This document shows positions 30,701-42,607 of a stretch of 58,941 nt of DNA, piece by piece (position 1 is the first letter of the stretch; the number at the start of each line of letters is the position of its first letter). The notes below the pieces were generated by a model, which saw only the letters and a list, made by a program, of their open reading frames with translations, searched no databases and was not told the DNA's origin. A program made the translations under genes and the position numbers. The stretch comes from Ministeria vibrans ATCC 50519 (taxonomy: Eukaryota; Protista; Filasterea). The DNA lies in assembly GCA_943704425.1 (NCBI GenBank), contig CALSCP010001920.1:1-58941 (forward strand), given 5' to 3'.

Positions 30701-33700
30701 TGCTTCTCCGCTGTCGGTTGTGGATACGAACAAGATTGATAGTGTGCTACAAGAGAAGAGGAGAAAAAGAGGGAAAAGTTCAGCATGCCACGACGGGGTG
30801 TTCATTTTGTTCTTGACAAGGGGTATATGGGGTACCTCAGACTCGAGGTCGATGTATATCGTAGAGCTGTAGTAGTCGCCGGTTTGAAAGACACTGGAGA
30901 AGGAACCATCGGTGGCCCAGGAAGGGAGCATAGACTGACAGGTGCGACGTGCGCCGGAGGCGTAGCACGAGGTCGAGGTGTACGTGAGGTCGGCCGACTC
31001 GTCGTTCAGCTCGCCCAGCACGTTGGTGCAGGAGTATGCCGAGGTGGACTGTAACAGTCCAAGGGTAAAGGGAAAGGAGCATGAGTAGCCTGAAGTGGTG
31101 TCGCGCACTGTGGTCGCATGCACTGGCTTCAGGTACGCAAGGTTATAATCGTAGGTTGGGATGAGACTTGAGCAGGTGCCCGAGCTGCAAAACGTGCCTG
31201 GCAGGCAATGGCCGTGACGTGTGCAGCTGGCGCCATACGGATGGTTGTAGCCTGGCCAGGTGCACGTCGTATCACTATTAAAAGAGCTGGGGTCGTTCGA
31301 AAAGAGACACGATTCTTTGCAACGGTTGCCCTTGCACTCATCACCAGCGGCGCACAATCGACCGCCGTAAGCACAGCCGTACGCGCCACGCGCCAAAGGC
31401 GCACTCACTTCGGTAGCCGTGCACTGCCGCGCATTCTCGACGTTGGTACAAGTAACCGTGTCGCGCAGGACGGTGCGGAAAAAAGCCGCGAGGGAACCCT
31501 CGGGGAGACAACCGCCAAACGTGAAGGCCGGGTCAACTGTGCCCGCCGAATCGCGCATCATAAAATCCGTGGCATTTAGACGCGTCCAAAGGGCCGATCG
31601 ATAGTCTGTGCCCACAGCCGCGGTGGGATCACTCGCCCCAAATCCGTGGTTTCCAATCCAACTGCGAACATCCGACCAGCGCGCCGAGTCACGATCGCTA
31701 AAGGTCGCAATGTGTGTCCAGCCGCCATCCACGCCGGCCTCCATGTCGCACGTGACGCGATACACTTGACCGTCGACAACGACGGCAAAGTCACGGGGTG
31801 ACGGCGCCGACGCATTCAGGCTCTTGAGGTCCTCGCACGAACGACCAATCTTGTCGGGGAGCAAATGCCCGGGTACCACGACGGCCGTCTGGCCATCGTG
31901 CCACAGCTGTGCCTTGGCGTGCAGCGCCTCCTGAGCGGCATCGTTGGTGTTTGCCTCGCGAATCACCTCCTCAAGCTTTGCTTGCATTCGACCGCTCGCC
32001 TGCGCCCTCCAGTATGCTCGGAAGTGCGTCGAGTTGCCCGTCGAGTCGCGATCGTAGCCGGGTCCGTCGAGGATCAAACCTGCACGCGGAGCGGACGTAT
32101 CAATGATGTAGCCGTCGGTGTAGGCGCTTGTCTGCAGGCCAGCACGCGAGGTAGCACGCACATGGACAAACGGGGTGGTGCCTGACGGCAAGTTCATGGC
32201 AAAGCACACCGACGTGGTTTGCACATTGGGAAGCACATGGAGCGCAAGGAGGTCCGCCAAAAATGGACTCTGGCCGACGCCTACTTCGTACTTGGCAATG
32301 CCACTAATGGGCTCCTCAAAGGGCTCCCATGCGGCACACACATGCTGGGTGTACGAAGACAGTTGCACGTTGGGCAACGTCTTGGCAAACGCAGTGCCAT
32401 TGCCAAGCGACAATCGTGCGACCACATCGGGCAGGGCGGGGTCCACGTCGTAGATACGACCGGCGCGCGGTCGATGCGGCGCGATCGTGACTCCATTGCT
32501 AGTGTGGTCCGTGTACAGACCGGCGCCGTTAAAGGCGCGTACTGTCGCATAGTAGGTTGTGTTTGGCTGCAGTTCCAAATCGCTAGCGGCGCCCAGTTCG
32601 CCCGCTTTGAACGACTGGAACGGCGCCACATCGTCGGCACCCGGCGTTCGACCCCACGCAATGTCAAAGGTGACCACGTCACTTTCGGGATCGAACCATT
32701 CGAGAAGTCGCGCACACACCCCGGCGGTTTGCGGCCACCAGAATTCGTCTTCGAGACCAAAACACGCGTCAACCACATCGCCAGCGATGGGGGGAGTCGT
32801 GTCCACAATGAAACCAGGCGACTCCGACAACGGCGACGTGACACCGGCTCCATTCATGAACTGCACCGACTGCGTGATGCGCGCATTCAAGGGCAAAAAG
32901 TCCCCGCCAAACGACATACAATGGCTGCGTGCCGAGGATGCGAGACGTCTTGCGGCAACGAGGGTGCGCGGCACAAAGGTATACGTCAGCACATTGGTGA
33001 CACAGTTGCAACGGAAGAACACGGGATCAATGACATCGCATTTGACCGCCGTGATGGTGGAGAAGTCGGCGGACGAAATGGTACGCGTGCGCTCGCATTC
33101 AATGTCGCTGCGCACCGTCGTGACATTGCCGGTGAGCGTTCGATCGTGAGCCGTGACGCGCCACTCGAGCCATTCAACGCCGCTGACCACCTCAGGGAGT
33201 TGCCATCGACCGCAAATGTAGGTGCGATTCGAACGGAATTGCCAGTCTTCCATATCACCGTCACGTACGCGTGTGACCACGGGCGCAATCTTGTCGATGG
33301 TAAAGCCCACCGAGGTACTGGTGGTGTAGAGACGGGCGCCGTTGAGCACGTCGACCCAACAAAAGTATTGGGCACGATGAAAGAGGGTCTGACCCGTAAA
33401 GGTGTGCGTGATGGTCGTGGGTGACCGCGACACGCTGCCGGATGAAGTGAACGACGCGACAGCCGTGCCCGGCAGCGTTGACAACTCGATGCGTGTCGAC
33501 TGTACCGCATCCGAGCCACATGCAATGCGGTACTGGAGCACACCCGAGTCAAAGTCCCAAAAATTCGAGAAGGAAAAGGTAATCGAGTCGGTGCTCGTCT
33601 GCCAGTACTGATCGTTGGCGCTGCTGTAGCGAGCGGTAGACACAGCGGTAGAGGCCGAAGGCGGCTCGGTGAGATCCACCTCGATGCCGGTGCTGCTAAA

Positions 33701-36700
33701 GAGCGAAATGAGCTGGGCCGAGTTGCGGTGACGAATCGTGTAGTAGTAGGTGTCGCCATGCTTGAGGGGTGCCGCGGGACGCACTTGGTCGGCCAGGGAG
33801 AAGCCCACGTCGACAAATCGCGAATAGTCGGTCATGCCAGGCTGTGTGCCAATGGCCACATCGTAGTAGCTGCGCGAGTCCGGGTCAATGAGAGGTGTCC
33901 AGCGCGCCGCCAGCATAAAGTCCATCCATTGGTACTGGGCATCCTCGGGCGGCCAGATGCCATCCTCAATGATGCACGGCTCGAGCACTTCGTCCGAGTC
34001 GCAATAGTCGCGCAACGAGGTGCCGTCAAGTTGGAAGCCGTCGGAGACGGCGTAAATCTTTTCGCCGCTGTGTGCCACCACAATGAGATGGCAGTAGTAG
34101 AAGGTACGCGGCTCGAGCTGAACGTTGTTAAAATCGTGCGTTGTGGCCATGCCCACGTCAACGTAAAACTTCTCTTCGTCCTCCTTCTTGAAGGGGTTGG
34201 CCGAGTCGGACCAGGCAATCTTGTAGCGGAACACACGGGTGCTCGGGGCCGAAAAGCGCGCCCAGCTACATGACATGGTCTTATCGGTGTTGGACCAGTC
34301 GATGTCCGACGTGGACGGACCGTCCCACACACCAGCGGACGAGGAGCCAGCGGGCGCCGCATCGACCACAATGGATCCCGTTTGCGCCGGTTCGTTGAAA
34401 CAGATGGCGGGCAGCAGAGGCAATGTCTTTTCGATCACCTTGTAGTAGAAGATGTCCCATTCGTTGTCGCACCACTTGCGACCGCAGCTGAAGAGGTCGC
34501 ACGTGATGCCGCACACATAGCTGAACTTGGCGGCAAGGCCCACCTCGCCAGCCTCGCCCTTGATGCCGACGGTCAAACACCAGCCGATGGGGTCGGTTGA
34601 GCACTGCAGGCGAATGTCGGGCAGGAGGGTGATGCGCGCAGCGAGACCAAGCAGTGCGAGGGAGCCTTTGGCGAGTGCCAGATCGACTGAGACGGCGCCG
34701 TCGACAATGACTTCGTAAAAGGGCTGTGGCGAGACGGTCACCTCGTACTTGGGAATGTCAATGTACAAACCCAAGTTCATGCCAATAAATTTGCCAGCAC
34801 AGCCACTGAAGCCAATGCTGACCTCGCCGACGTCGAGACCAAGCGTGATGCACAGACTTGTCCACTTGGTGCCAAACTTGAAAAGCTGCGTGTGCACATC
34901 GATGATGAGACCCAACGCACCGCTCCCTTCGTCGCCCGTGCCAATGTCCTCGAGATCATTGCTGCCACCTCTCTCTCGTTCAATCTCGGGGTCGCTAAAG
35001 TGCTCAGGCGATTTGCCCGCTTTGCCACTCTTCTGCTTCTCGCTGTACTTCTCGGCCTTGTTCTCGTCGTCGCTGCCAATAAGCGGTCCGTCCTTGACGG
35101 TTACACCCGCCGCCACAATGATGAAGCGTGCGCGCGCCCACTTGTTGATAAAGGTCAGCTGAGCAAACGCTTCCCAGAGTCCCGCCTGAGCCTTGGCGAC
35201 GTTAGTCGAGCGAGGCATGGCACTGTCGTACTCAATCAGCATCTTGCCAACGGGCCCCAAGTCGCCCGTCGAGTAGAGACTGCCAATGACCGAATGGCTA
35301 TTGAAGTAGGCGCACGAAGTGCTCATGACAAACGACACGAGTGCAGCAAACTGTAAAGAAGCAGGTTGTATATCAGACGGGGAGCCTCACGAGTAATGAA
35401 TGGTGTGTTTTGTTTGTACTTGGTTATTGTTGAGGTTGGCCGCGCCACCGTTGAGTTTATCGTGGACGCACTCCTCGGCAGCAATTAGACTGGGAATCAT
35501 TTCAAAGTAGACTTCAAACTGTGTGACGAAACAACAAAAGAAATTGAGTATGAACTGATGCACATTTGATATGATGCGGGTGGGAAAAACAATGCGCTTT
35601 TTGACTTGATAGCTGAACAAGAACAACAACCAACTATCGGTATCCTTTCTGATTCCGATACATACCTGATCGTAACGAGGGTCCGAGGCACGGCCGGTCA
35701 CTTGGAAGATGCGATAGAAAGAGACCTCGGAGACGGAGCGAACGGACACGGCGTTTGAGGCAGTGGCGCTGGGAAGGGAGTCGACCGAGTGCGAGGCGCA
35801 CGAGCCGCGGTTGATGGGACGGTACTGGTGGAAGAGGTTCATCTTGCCTTCGCGTTTGCACGCACGCCATCCATCAAACTCGCTGACTTTGGAGGCAAAG
35901 ATGCCACTGCGTTCCGACACAAGCGACGAGAGTTTGACATCAAATCCGGCCGACTGACCGCTGGTGATGAGCTTGAAGGCTCCTTCGCCAAACTCAAGGT
36001 CGCCCAAGGTGGTGTCGGCTGAGCCAGTGCGGCCGTAGCAGCAGTAGCGCCCTGGCTCGCCTGCACGCGTTGATCGAGGGAACGTCTACAGCAGCAAGGG
36101 AAACGGAGAGAGAGAGAGAAGAAAGAAACAAAAAGGTGTTTTAGAAGTTTGTATTTACTTCGAATCTGTACCTGCATGCAAAAGTCGGCGTTGGGGAAAA
36201 GCACCTCACGAATGTCATTTCCAACCTAACAATGGAAAACAAACAATGTGAAAATATAATAAAAAAGTAACCAAAACAAATGAATTAGTTGCTGATGAGA
36301 GTTACATTCTTTTTTTAGTGTGTTCTGTTGCGTACCTCACGCCAGTGGACATTATTGGGAACGGTCGCCTCGGAGTCAACGGAGCTGTCCGAGGACGAGC
36401 CGTCCTGGCCGACGGTAAAACTGGCGCTAATTGATGGAAGGACGGGCACGGAGCACGGACAGCTGACGGCAATGTTGCTGCGGTAGGCATTGGATGCGTC
36501 CTGCTGGGCGGCCCACGCACTGCATGTGGTCGTAATGGGAGTCGACTGGGTCACCGTTTCAATTTTGTAGCCTAGTTGGTAGTCGTGATCGACGGTGAAC
36601 TGGAAGAACTTCATGGTGAAGCCATAGAAGTATGAGTAGGCCAGAATCTATGAAAGGTAACAATAACAATAATATTAATGCATAATAATAATAATAATAA

Positions 36701-39310
36701 TAATAATAATATAATTAATATAATTAATAATATAATTAATAATATAATTAATAATAATTATTATAATAATAATAATAGTAAGTTATTATTATTAATATTA
36801 TTATTATTATTATCAATTTAGAACGGAACAAACTTTTTGATGTGAAAAAAGTTACCTCATCAAAAAATTTGAGGTGAAAGTAAACCTCGCGAAGGCCACG
36901 CATGCGGAATTCAATGCCATTGTCGTACTGCAGGTTGTGACCGACGTGGAGGCTGGAGACACCCCACTCGTCCGAGTTGCGCCAGTCACTGCCCCAGCTA
37001 AAGTCGGTGTCGCCAAAAGCCGAGTCTTCAAGCATGCTGTCGAGCTTGGCGGAAGCCTCGGCACCCGTGAGACGGCGTTGACGGTAGAGCTCGTTGACGT
37101 CACGCACGGTGCGTGAGACTTGATAGCGGAAGGCGGCGGCACGCTCACGACGGACACGACGGGCCTCCTGATCGACTTCGTGGGCGTCGGCCGTGGTGGG
37201 AGGGTCGCGGTCGGCGTAGCCATTGCGTGAGAGAGTGTGAGCGACGCGACTGGCGGTGCGACGCACTCGCATGTCCTTCTCGTCGTCGTCGTTGTGGAGT
37301 GCGACGACACGCGCAAGCACATCGGGGTGGTTCGCGTCGCTGCGCATAAGAAAGGTGGATAGAGCACGTGTGCGCAAGCGATGGTGGAGCGAAGTGTTGG
37401 AGGCAATGTCAAAGAGAAGATGGCGCGACGCGTCGTCTGGAAAGTGACGCAGATGGGTGATGGCGTGCTCGCGGACCACCATGGGAATGGGAGCGGTTGA
37501 GGTGAAAGCGTCGGGGCCGTAGTCGTCGACGCAGTCGGATGCGGCGTAGTTGACAATGTGGGTGCGTGCAATGGGGTGAGCGGTGTTGCCGAGTGCCGCA
37601 ATAGTGGTGAGCCAGGTGGACTCGTTGTAGACCTGCTCGGCACGCTTGAGCTGCGCGACGAGAGCCCCAATGGCGGCGAGATCGGCGCTATCCGTCTCCG
37701 TTCCATTCTCCATTATACGGATGCGTTGACGCACAAGTGCGCCTAGCATCAACATGGGGTCTGCGTCGTCGGGAGACGCCTTGTGAATGTCGAGGACGCG
37801 CGCGAGAACAGCGGGCGAGACGTGTTCGCTGGCGAGCAGGGCGGTCCAAGCACTGCTGAGCCAGGCGTGGGTAAGGGGACCACCACAGCGACCAAAAATG
37901 CACTCGATGATGGCATGTTGACTCTGGTCGGTGGACACGGTGCCGAGGATCATGAGAAGCGCGTGTTGCCGTTGGTGGGCGACGTGGTGTGCGTCGAGAG
38001 GAGCACGCTGGGCATTGTCGGGCAGGGAGTAGGCGGGGTCGGGAATACCGACAGCCAGGTAACGCTCGAAGATTGTTGTGACGGCCGACGGACAATCGTG
38101 GAGATAGAGGGCGAGAGAGTGGCGTGCCGTGTCGTTGCCAAGCGCCTCCTGGTCGACCCGGCGGATCCAACGCTGCAACGCGAGCTCGTCGTCGCAGGCA
38201 AACGAGTCGTCGGCGCGACGGCGACGGTCCTTGACCTTGCGGCTGTGTTCAAGGTCAACAGCCAAGTCGGCAAAGGGAAGCACGAGCAGGTCGGGGGAGG
38301 AGGATTCGAAGAGCGCACGACGGTGTTGTTGATGAACTTCAAAGTCGCCGTCATCCTCGCTCACAGTGCCCGAGCGCACAAGCGTCACCTGGACCTTTAC
38401 CGAAGCTTTGTGGACGGGTGGAACATGGTACGTAATGGGGTCAAACTCCTGTGTGGAGGTGTTGAGTGAGGAAGTTTATTTTTTTTTTTTTGAAAAATTA
38501 CAAAAAGGAAGACGTCATTCAAATGCTTACTTTAGTGAGTGATGGGACGAGAGGCAGCGCAAGATTATACTCTTGCTCGATAGAGTGAAGTACTTTGGAG
38601 TGCCTGTCGACACGAATGACAGATTTATCGCTGTAGTGGACGTGTTTGGCGAGCGAGGGAGATCGGGCGAGTTGTGCAGCCAAACGACGATGCAAATGGA
38701 GCGGACGCTCGCGATGAAGCTCAAGCAGCGGGCCTGCTTGGTCGGAGGGGGCATGGTAGACGGCGGTGTGGGGACCGTTCACATCGTGTTCGGGGACACG
38801 GGTGCTTTCAGATTGAGACGCAGCAGAGTCAATGTTGATGTTGACAGAGTGCTCTAATGAGGCAACAGCCTTGCGAATGTAAGCCAGGAGATCGTCTGAA
38901 AGGGCGTTGCCGTCAAGCGAGCGACGGCTCACAAGCAGAGAATGGAGACTTTGGGAGTTGGAATCGCGTTTAAGGATTAGGGTGTGGGGCCAAAGCGACG
39001 GTTCGTGCACGAGCGAGTCAGCATGCGACGGAGAGTCGCCAATGTGCTGCTGCACATGGTCGCTCGAGTCGGGGACAAGGCGAAGGCGGCAATGGGACGC
39101 GTCGAGAGTCGACAATTCAACGGTGATTGCGGACGAGGTGGCATGGTTCGCTTGAGGCACGGCCGTGTGCCCGCGCGACTCAGACGGATGCATGGAGGGG
39201 TGTTCGTGCGTGGAGCGCGTTTCAATGCGATAGACGTGCCGCGCGTGTTGGGTCGCAGCAAAAGTCGTTCCGGAGAGGAACAGAAATAGGACGCTGAGCC
39301 AAAAATGCAT
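21756..39310 (-). CDS. Giant (~5,587 aa) type I membrane mosaic protein: lipid-transfer-like N-domain, AMOP, FN3-like repeats, fibrinogen-like, F5/8C(FTP) x2, WSC, FN3-like repeats, TM
   Basis: Eight exons (39310-38531, 38448-36856, 36647-36336, 36225-36172, 36085-35666, 35518-35420, 35350-30836, 30746-21756) all join in frame through phase-0 GT-AG introns. Signal peptide MHFWLSVLFLFLSGTTFAA; TM GAIVGLTIALVIMGCIVVAILY at ~22020-22090. Confidence 0.8.
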
Positions 39311-39527
39311 GTTTGTGGTTCGTTTGTGGGTCGTGCTAAAATGAGAACCAGCGGCAAAAAAAGGTTAGGCGTGCGACCGCAAGGGCACCGAGGTGACAGG
39401 GTCCAGGGTTAGAAGGGATGCCACGGTGTAGGGCGCGAAGAGCTGCGGTACGAATGCGATTGTATAGAAAAAAATTGTTACACNNNNNTTCTATCAGCTA
39501 CCGGCTCGCCGCTATTATATTTACAAC

Positions 39528-42221
39528 ATGCAGGTGTCTCTGCTTTATGCGATCTTGTTGCTGCTCTTGGTGGGCGGAAGCGACGTGACATGGGCTGTGT
39601 GTCACAGGAGCGAGGCGTCTCCCACCAATCCTGACGTGGTGGAGACGTTTTCAAATGCGCGCGGAACGAGCGTCGGCGCGTCGCAGCACTGGCAAGCGGT
39701 GGGTCGACCCGACGACGATACCGTTGAGTTGCACATGCTGCAGCAGGGCGTCTGGACGTTTGCCGGCAAGGTGCGCAGGCCAACGCATTCCAAATTTAGC
39801 GAAGAGTTTGGGCACACTCTTACGCTTGTCGAGGACGACTCCGTCATGCGTGACGCCGTCCTCGTCGTGGGTGCTCCGGCTGCCGATGATTCGCGTGGCG
39901 CCGTGTACGTTTTCGACTTGCGTCATGCCGGTTCGGTCGGCGCGGCGTCCTTTGAGTTTCGTCAGCGCATTGCCGTGAACTCGCGCCAGAGCACGAGCGC
40001 CGGTGCGCGCTTTGGCCACACTGTCAGTCTGCTTCGTGACTCTCCGTCCGGCTCGGGCATGGACGCCGTGGCAGTGGGCGCCCCGGGCCCCAACAGCGCT
40101 GTGTACATTTTTCTTCGTGTTGTCTCGCACGGTACATTCGCGCTCGTTCAGACGCACACGGCGGCTGCCGACGAGACGCATTTTGGGTATACGCTCGCCT
40201 ACGATCAGGAGTCGCACAAACTATATGCGACCGCAATTGTCGGAAGCGCCTCGGTTCTCCACGAGATGGACGCGTCGGGTGTTGCCCCATCGTCGGGCGG
40301 TGTCCGTCTCGACGACAATTTCTTTGCGTCGAGCCTCGCTGCCGACAAGGGCGTTGTCGCCGTCGGTGTCATGGGAAATGCCACGCATGGGGTTGTTCAT
40401 GACGAGTTTATCGGCGTTCCCACGCCCGTTGTCCAAAACGTGCCCGTCTACAACGCGACCGCAAACACCACAACCATTGTGCAACAAACAGTGACTGTCA
40501 ATGTGCCACAGCGACGCACCACAATGCTCGTTGCGATTGTGCTCGACGGTGGACTTTCCAGTCAGCGTCGACTCTACGTGAGCCCTTCGCTTGCACGCCA
40601 CACTATGGTTAACGACAGCACTGTGTGCCTCGACGGCACTACAGCTCCCGCGAGTGCGCTCGCCAGCGACGCAGCCACTGTCCCCCTTGTGGACGCCTTC
40701 TATCGTCCCCACGTTGCTATCGTCCAAGGAATGCTTGCCGTTTCGCTTGCTCGCGACCCCGTCTGGGCCAGCGCCTCGACCCCTCCCGCAAACAACTCGC
40801 TGTTGCTGCTCCCCGGCTGCAGCAGTGCGTTGGCGTGTGTCGACGCGTCCCCGCGCTATGCCCTTGCGCCACCGACGCTCTCGGGTCTGACTGAGTCGAC
40901 CCTGCGAGCCGCACTTGCCACCGATGAGACAGGTGGCGTGCAAGTTCGTGTGTCGTCGGGTGGTCGCCAGTCAGCCTTGCACGTTTTGGGACTGCCTGTA
41001 GACGGCGTAGCAGGTAGTACGGCTGCGGCTGTGTACGGTGCGTGTACTGGCTCGTGTGCAGGTGGAGCCTTCCGTGAGAAACGCACGCAATGTGTTCGCT
41101 ACGGTGGCCACGGCGGTGTCGTATGTTCGGACGCGGTCGAGTCGGACACGTGCACGGCGCAGCTGTACACATACGAGTGGATTGAGGCGGGGAACTGGGG
41201 CTCGTGCAGTGCGACCTTTTGTGGGTCGGGTCGCCAGGTGCAGACTGTGGAGTGCCGCCGCTGCGACGGTGTCACCGTCTCCACATCACTGTGCAACCTC
41301 AGTGTACGTCCATCGACGTCACGCCACTGCGACTACTACACGTACCGCTGGACGACGGGCAACTTCGAGAACTATTGTCGTGCATCCACTAGCTCGAGCT
41401 CCATTCTGTCTTGCGGCACCGGACAGCGCTGGCGCACCGTGGGTTGCGTGCGCTGCGACGGCGTTAGCGTTTCTCAGTCGTATTGCTACACCAATGCGGG
41501 CTCGCGCCCCACCGAGGCGCACCCCTGCGAGCTGTGGTACTACAACTGGTCGACCGGTCCGTGGACTTACTGTGTGCGTGACTCGACTGGCTGTGGTGGT
41601 AGCGGCACGCGTGACCGCACCGTTGGCTGCGACCGATGCGACGGTCTTCGTGTCGACGACAACAGGTGCTCGGGAAGCAAGCCGGACGAGAGTGAGTCGT
41701 GCTCGTCGAACATTTACAGTTGGGCGTGGGATCGGTGTCGCAGCTCGTATCTTGACAATGCTGCAGGCTACAGTCGTGCCATGAGTTGCCACGAATGCGC
41801 ATCGTCGTCCAACACGCCCGGTGACTCTGTCAGCGATTCGTACTGCACGGACCGCGTTGCTCGGCCGACATCAAGCACCCAAAGCTGTGGCTACATGACA
41901 GACCACGACGGCGAAGGGGGTCTCGAGATCGTTAGCGATTCATACACGTGCTTTTCCGTCACGAGGGGCGTCACCTACTACGACGACCACAATCTTTCGG
42001 GGTACTTATCCTCGTTTGAGAACGACGAAATTGACTCGGTCATGTTATGTGGCGACTACACTTTGCACGGCTGGCAGCACGGCGGCCAAGAGGGCTCGAA
42101 AGTGTCCTTTGTATGCAAGGGTCTTTATCCGTACGAATGCTGTTGCTTCAATCTTGCCGGCTGGTGGAAGAACACTCTTTCGTCCGTTTCCTACTCTGGC
42201 CATGACTGGTCCTACAGTTAA
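39528..42221 (+). CDS. Secreted 897-aa protein: FG-GAP (integrin-alpha-type propeller) repeats + ADAMTS-type TSP1 repeats + beta/gamma-crystallin-like C-terminus; intronless
   Basis: Signal peptide; FGHTL...LVVGAP...GAVYVF and FGHTVS...VAVGAP...AVYIF; WxxGxWxxC...CGxGxxxRTVxC repeats; NDEIDSV...WQHGGQEG...WKNTLSSV. Confidence 0.8.
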   Translation: MQVSLLYAILLLLLVGGSDVTWAVCHRSEASPTNPDVVETFSNARGTSVGASQHWQAVGRPDDDTVELHMLQQGVWTFAGKVRRPTHSKFSEEFGHTLTLVEDDSVMRDAVLVVGAPAADDSRGAVYVFDLRHAGSVGAASFEFRQRIAVNSRQSTSAGARFGHTVSLLRDSPSGSGMDAVAVGAPGPNSAVYIFLRVVSHGTFALVQTHTAAADETHFGYTLAYDQESHKLYATAIVGSASVLHEMDASGVAPSSGGVRLDDNFFASSLAADKGVVAVGVMGNATHGVVHDEFIGVPTPVVQNVPVYNATANTTTIVQQTVTVNVPQRRTTMLVAIVLDGGLSSQRRLYVSPSLARHTMVNDSTVCLDGTTAPASALASDAATVPLVDAFYRPHVAIVQGMLAVSLARDPVWASASTPPANNSLLLLPGCSSALACVDASPRYALAPPTLSGLTESTLRAALATDETGGVQVRVSSGGRQSALHVLGLPVDGVAGSTAAAVYGACTGSCAGGAFREKRTQCVRYGGHGGVVCSDAVESDTCTAQLYTYEWIEAGNWGSCSATFCGSGRQVQTVECRRCDGVTVSTSLCNLSVRPSTSRHCDYYTYRWTTGNFENYCRASTSSSSILSCGTGQRWRTVGCVRCDGVSVSQSYCYTNAGSRPTEAHPCELWYYNWSTGPWTYCVRDSTGCGGSGTRDRTVGCDRCDGLRVDDNRCSGSKPDESESCSSNIYSWAWDRCRSSYLDNAAGYSRAMSCHECASSSNTPGDSVSDSYCTDRVARPTSSTQSCGYMTDHDGEGGLEIVSDSYTCFSVTRGVTYYDDHNLSGYLSSFENDEIDSVMLCGDYTLHGWQHGGQEGSKVSFVCKGLYPYECCCFNLAGWWKNTLSSVSYSGHDWSYS

Positions 42222-42369
42222 AAATTAAAACCGTAAAATTGATTTTTATTAAGATAATAATAAAAATTAATAATAATATTAATAGAAAAAGAATACAACC
42301 CATTTGTTAATAGAGAGTCGAGAGCAGATTGTTTCTCCGCTCGCAATTATATTTATTTATTTATTTTAA

Positions 42370-42518
42370 TTTTATTATTACTAATAATTATTATTATTAT
42401 AATTATTATTCTTTTATATAGTTTGTTTTGACATTGAGTACAGCTCTCGATTCCCTATTTATTTTCTATTACTATTTATGACTATTATTATTATTATTAT
42501 GACTATTATTATTATGAC

Positions 42519-42573
<55 letters not shown>
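42370..42573. repeat. AT-rich (TTA)n/(TGACTATTA) low-complexity intergenic tract
   Basis: Directly visible. Confidence 0.85.
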
Positions 42574-42575
<2 letters not shown>

Positions 42576-42607
42576 AAATAATTAGTCACTAAAATTGTTC
42601 TTCATTC

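Noticed and set aside
21861-35356. Long + strand ORFs (up to 421 aa) antisense to the giant gene
   Set aside because: They have no recognisable motifs and are expected shadow frames of GC-rich coding sequence.
36856-39310. Calling the giant gene vitellogenin, apoB or MTP
   Set aside because: There is only motif-level resemblance in the N-terminus. The rest of the architecture and the TM do not fit those proteins.
39528-42221. True integrin alpha subunit
   Set aside because: No thigh/calf domains, TM or GFFKR motif, and no clear DxDxDG calcium loops.
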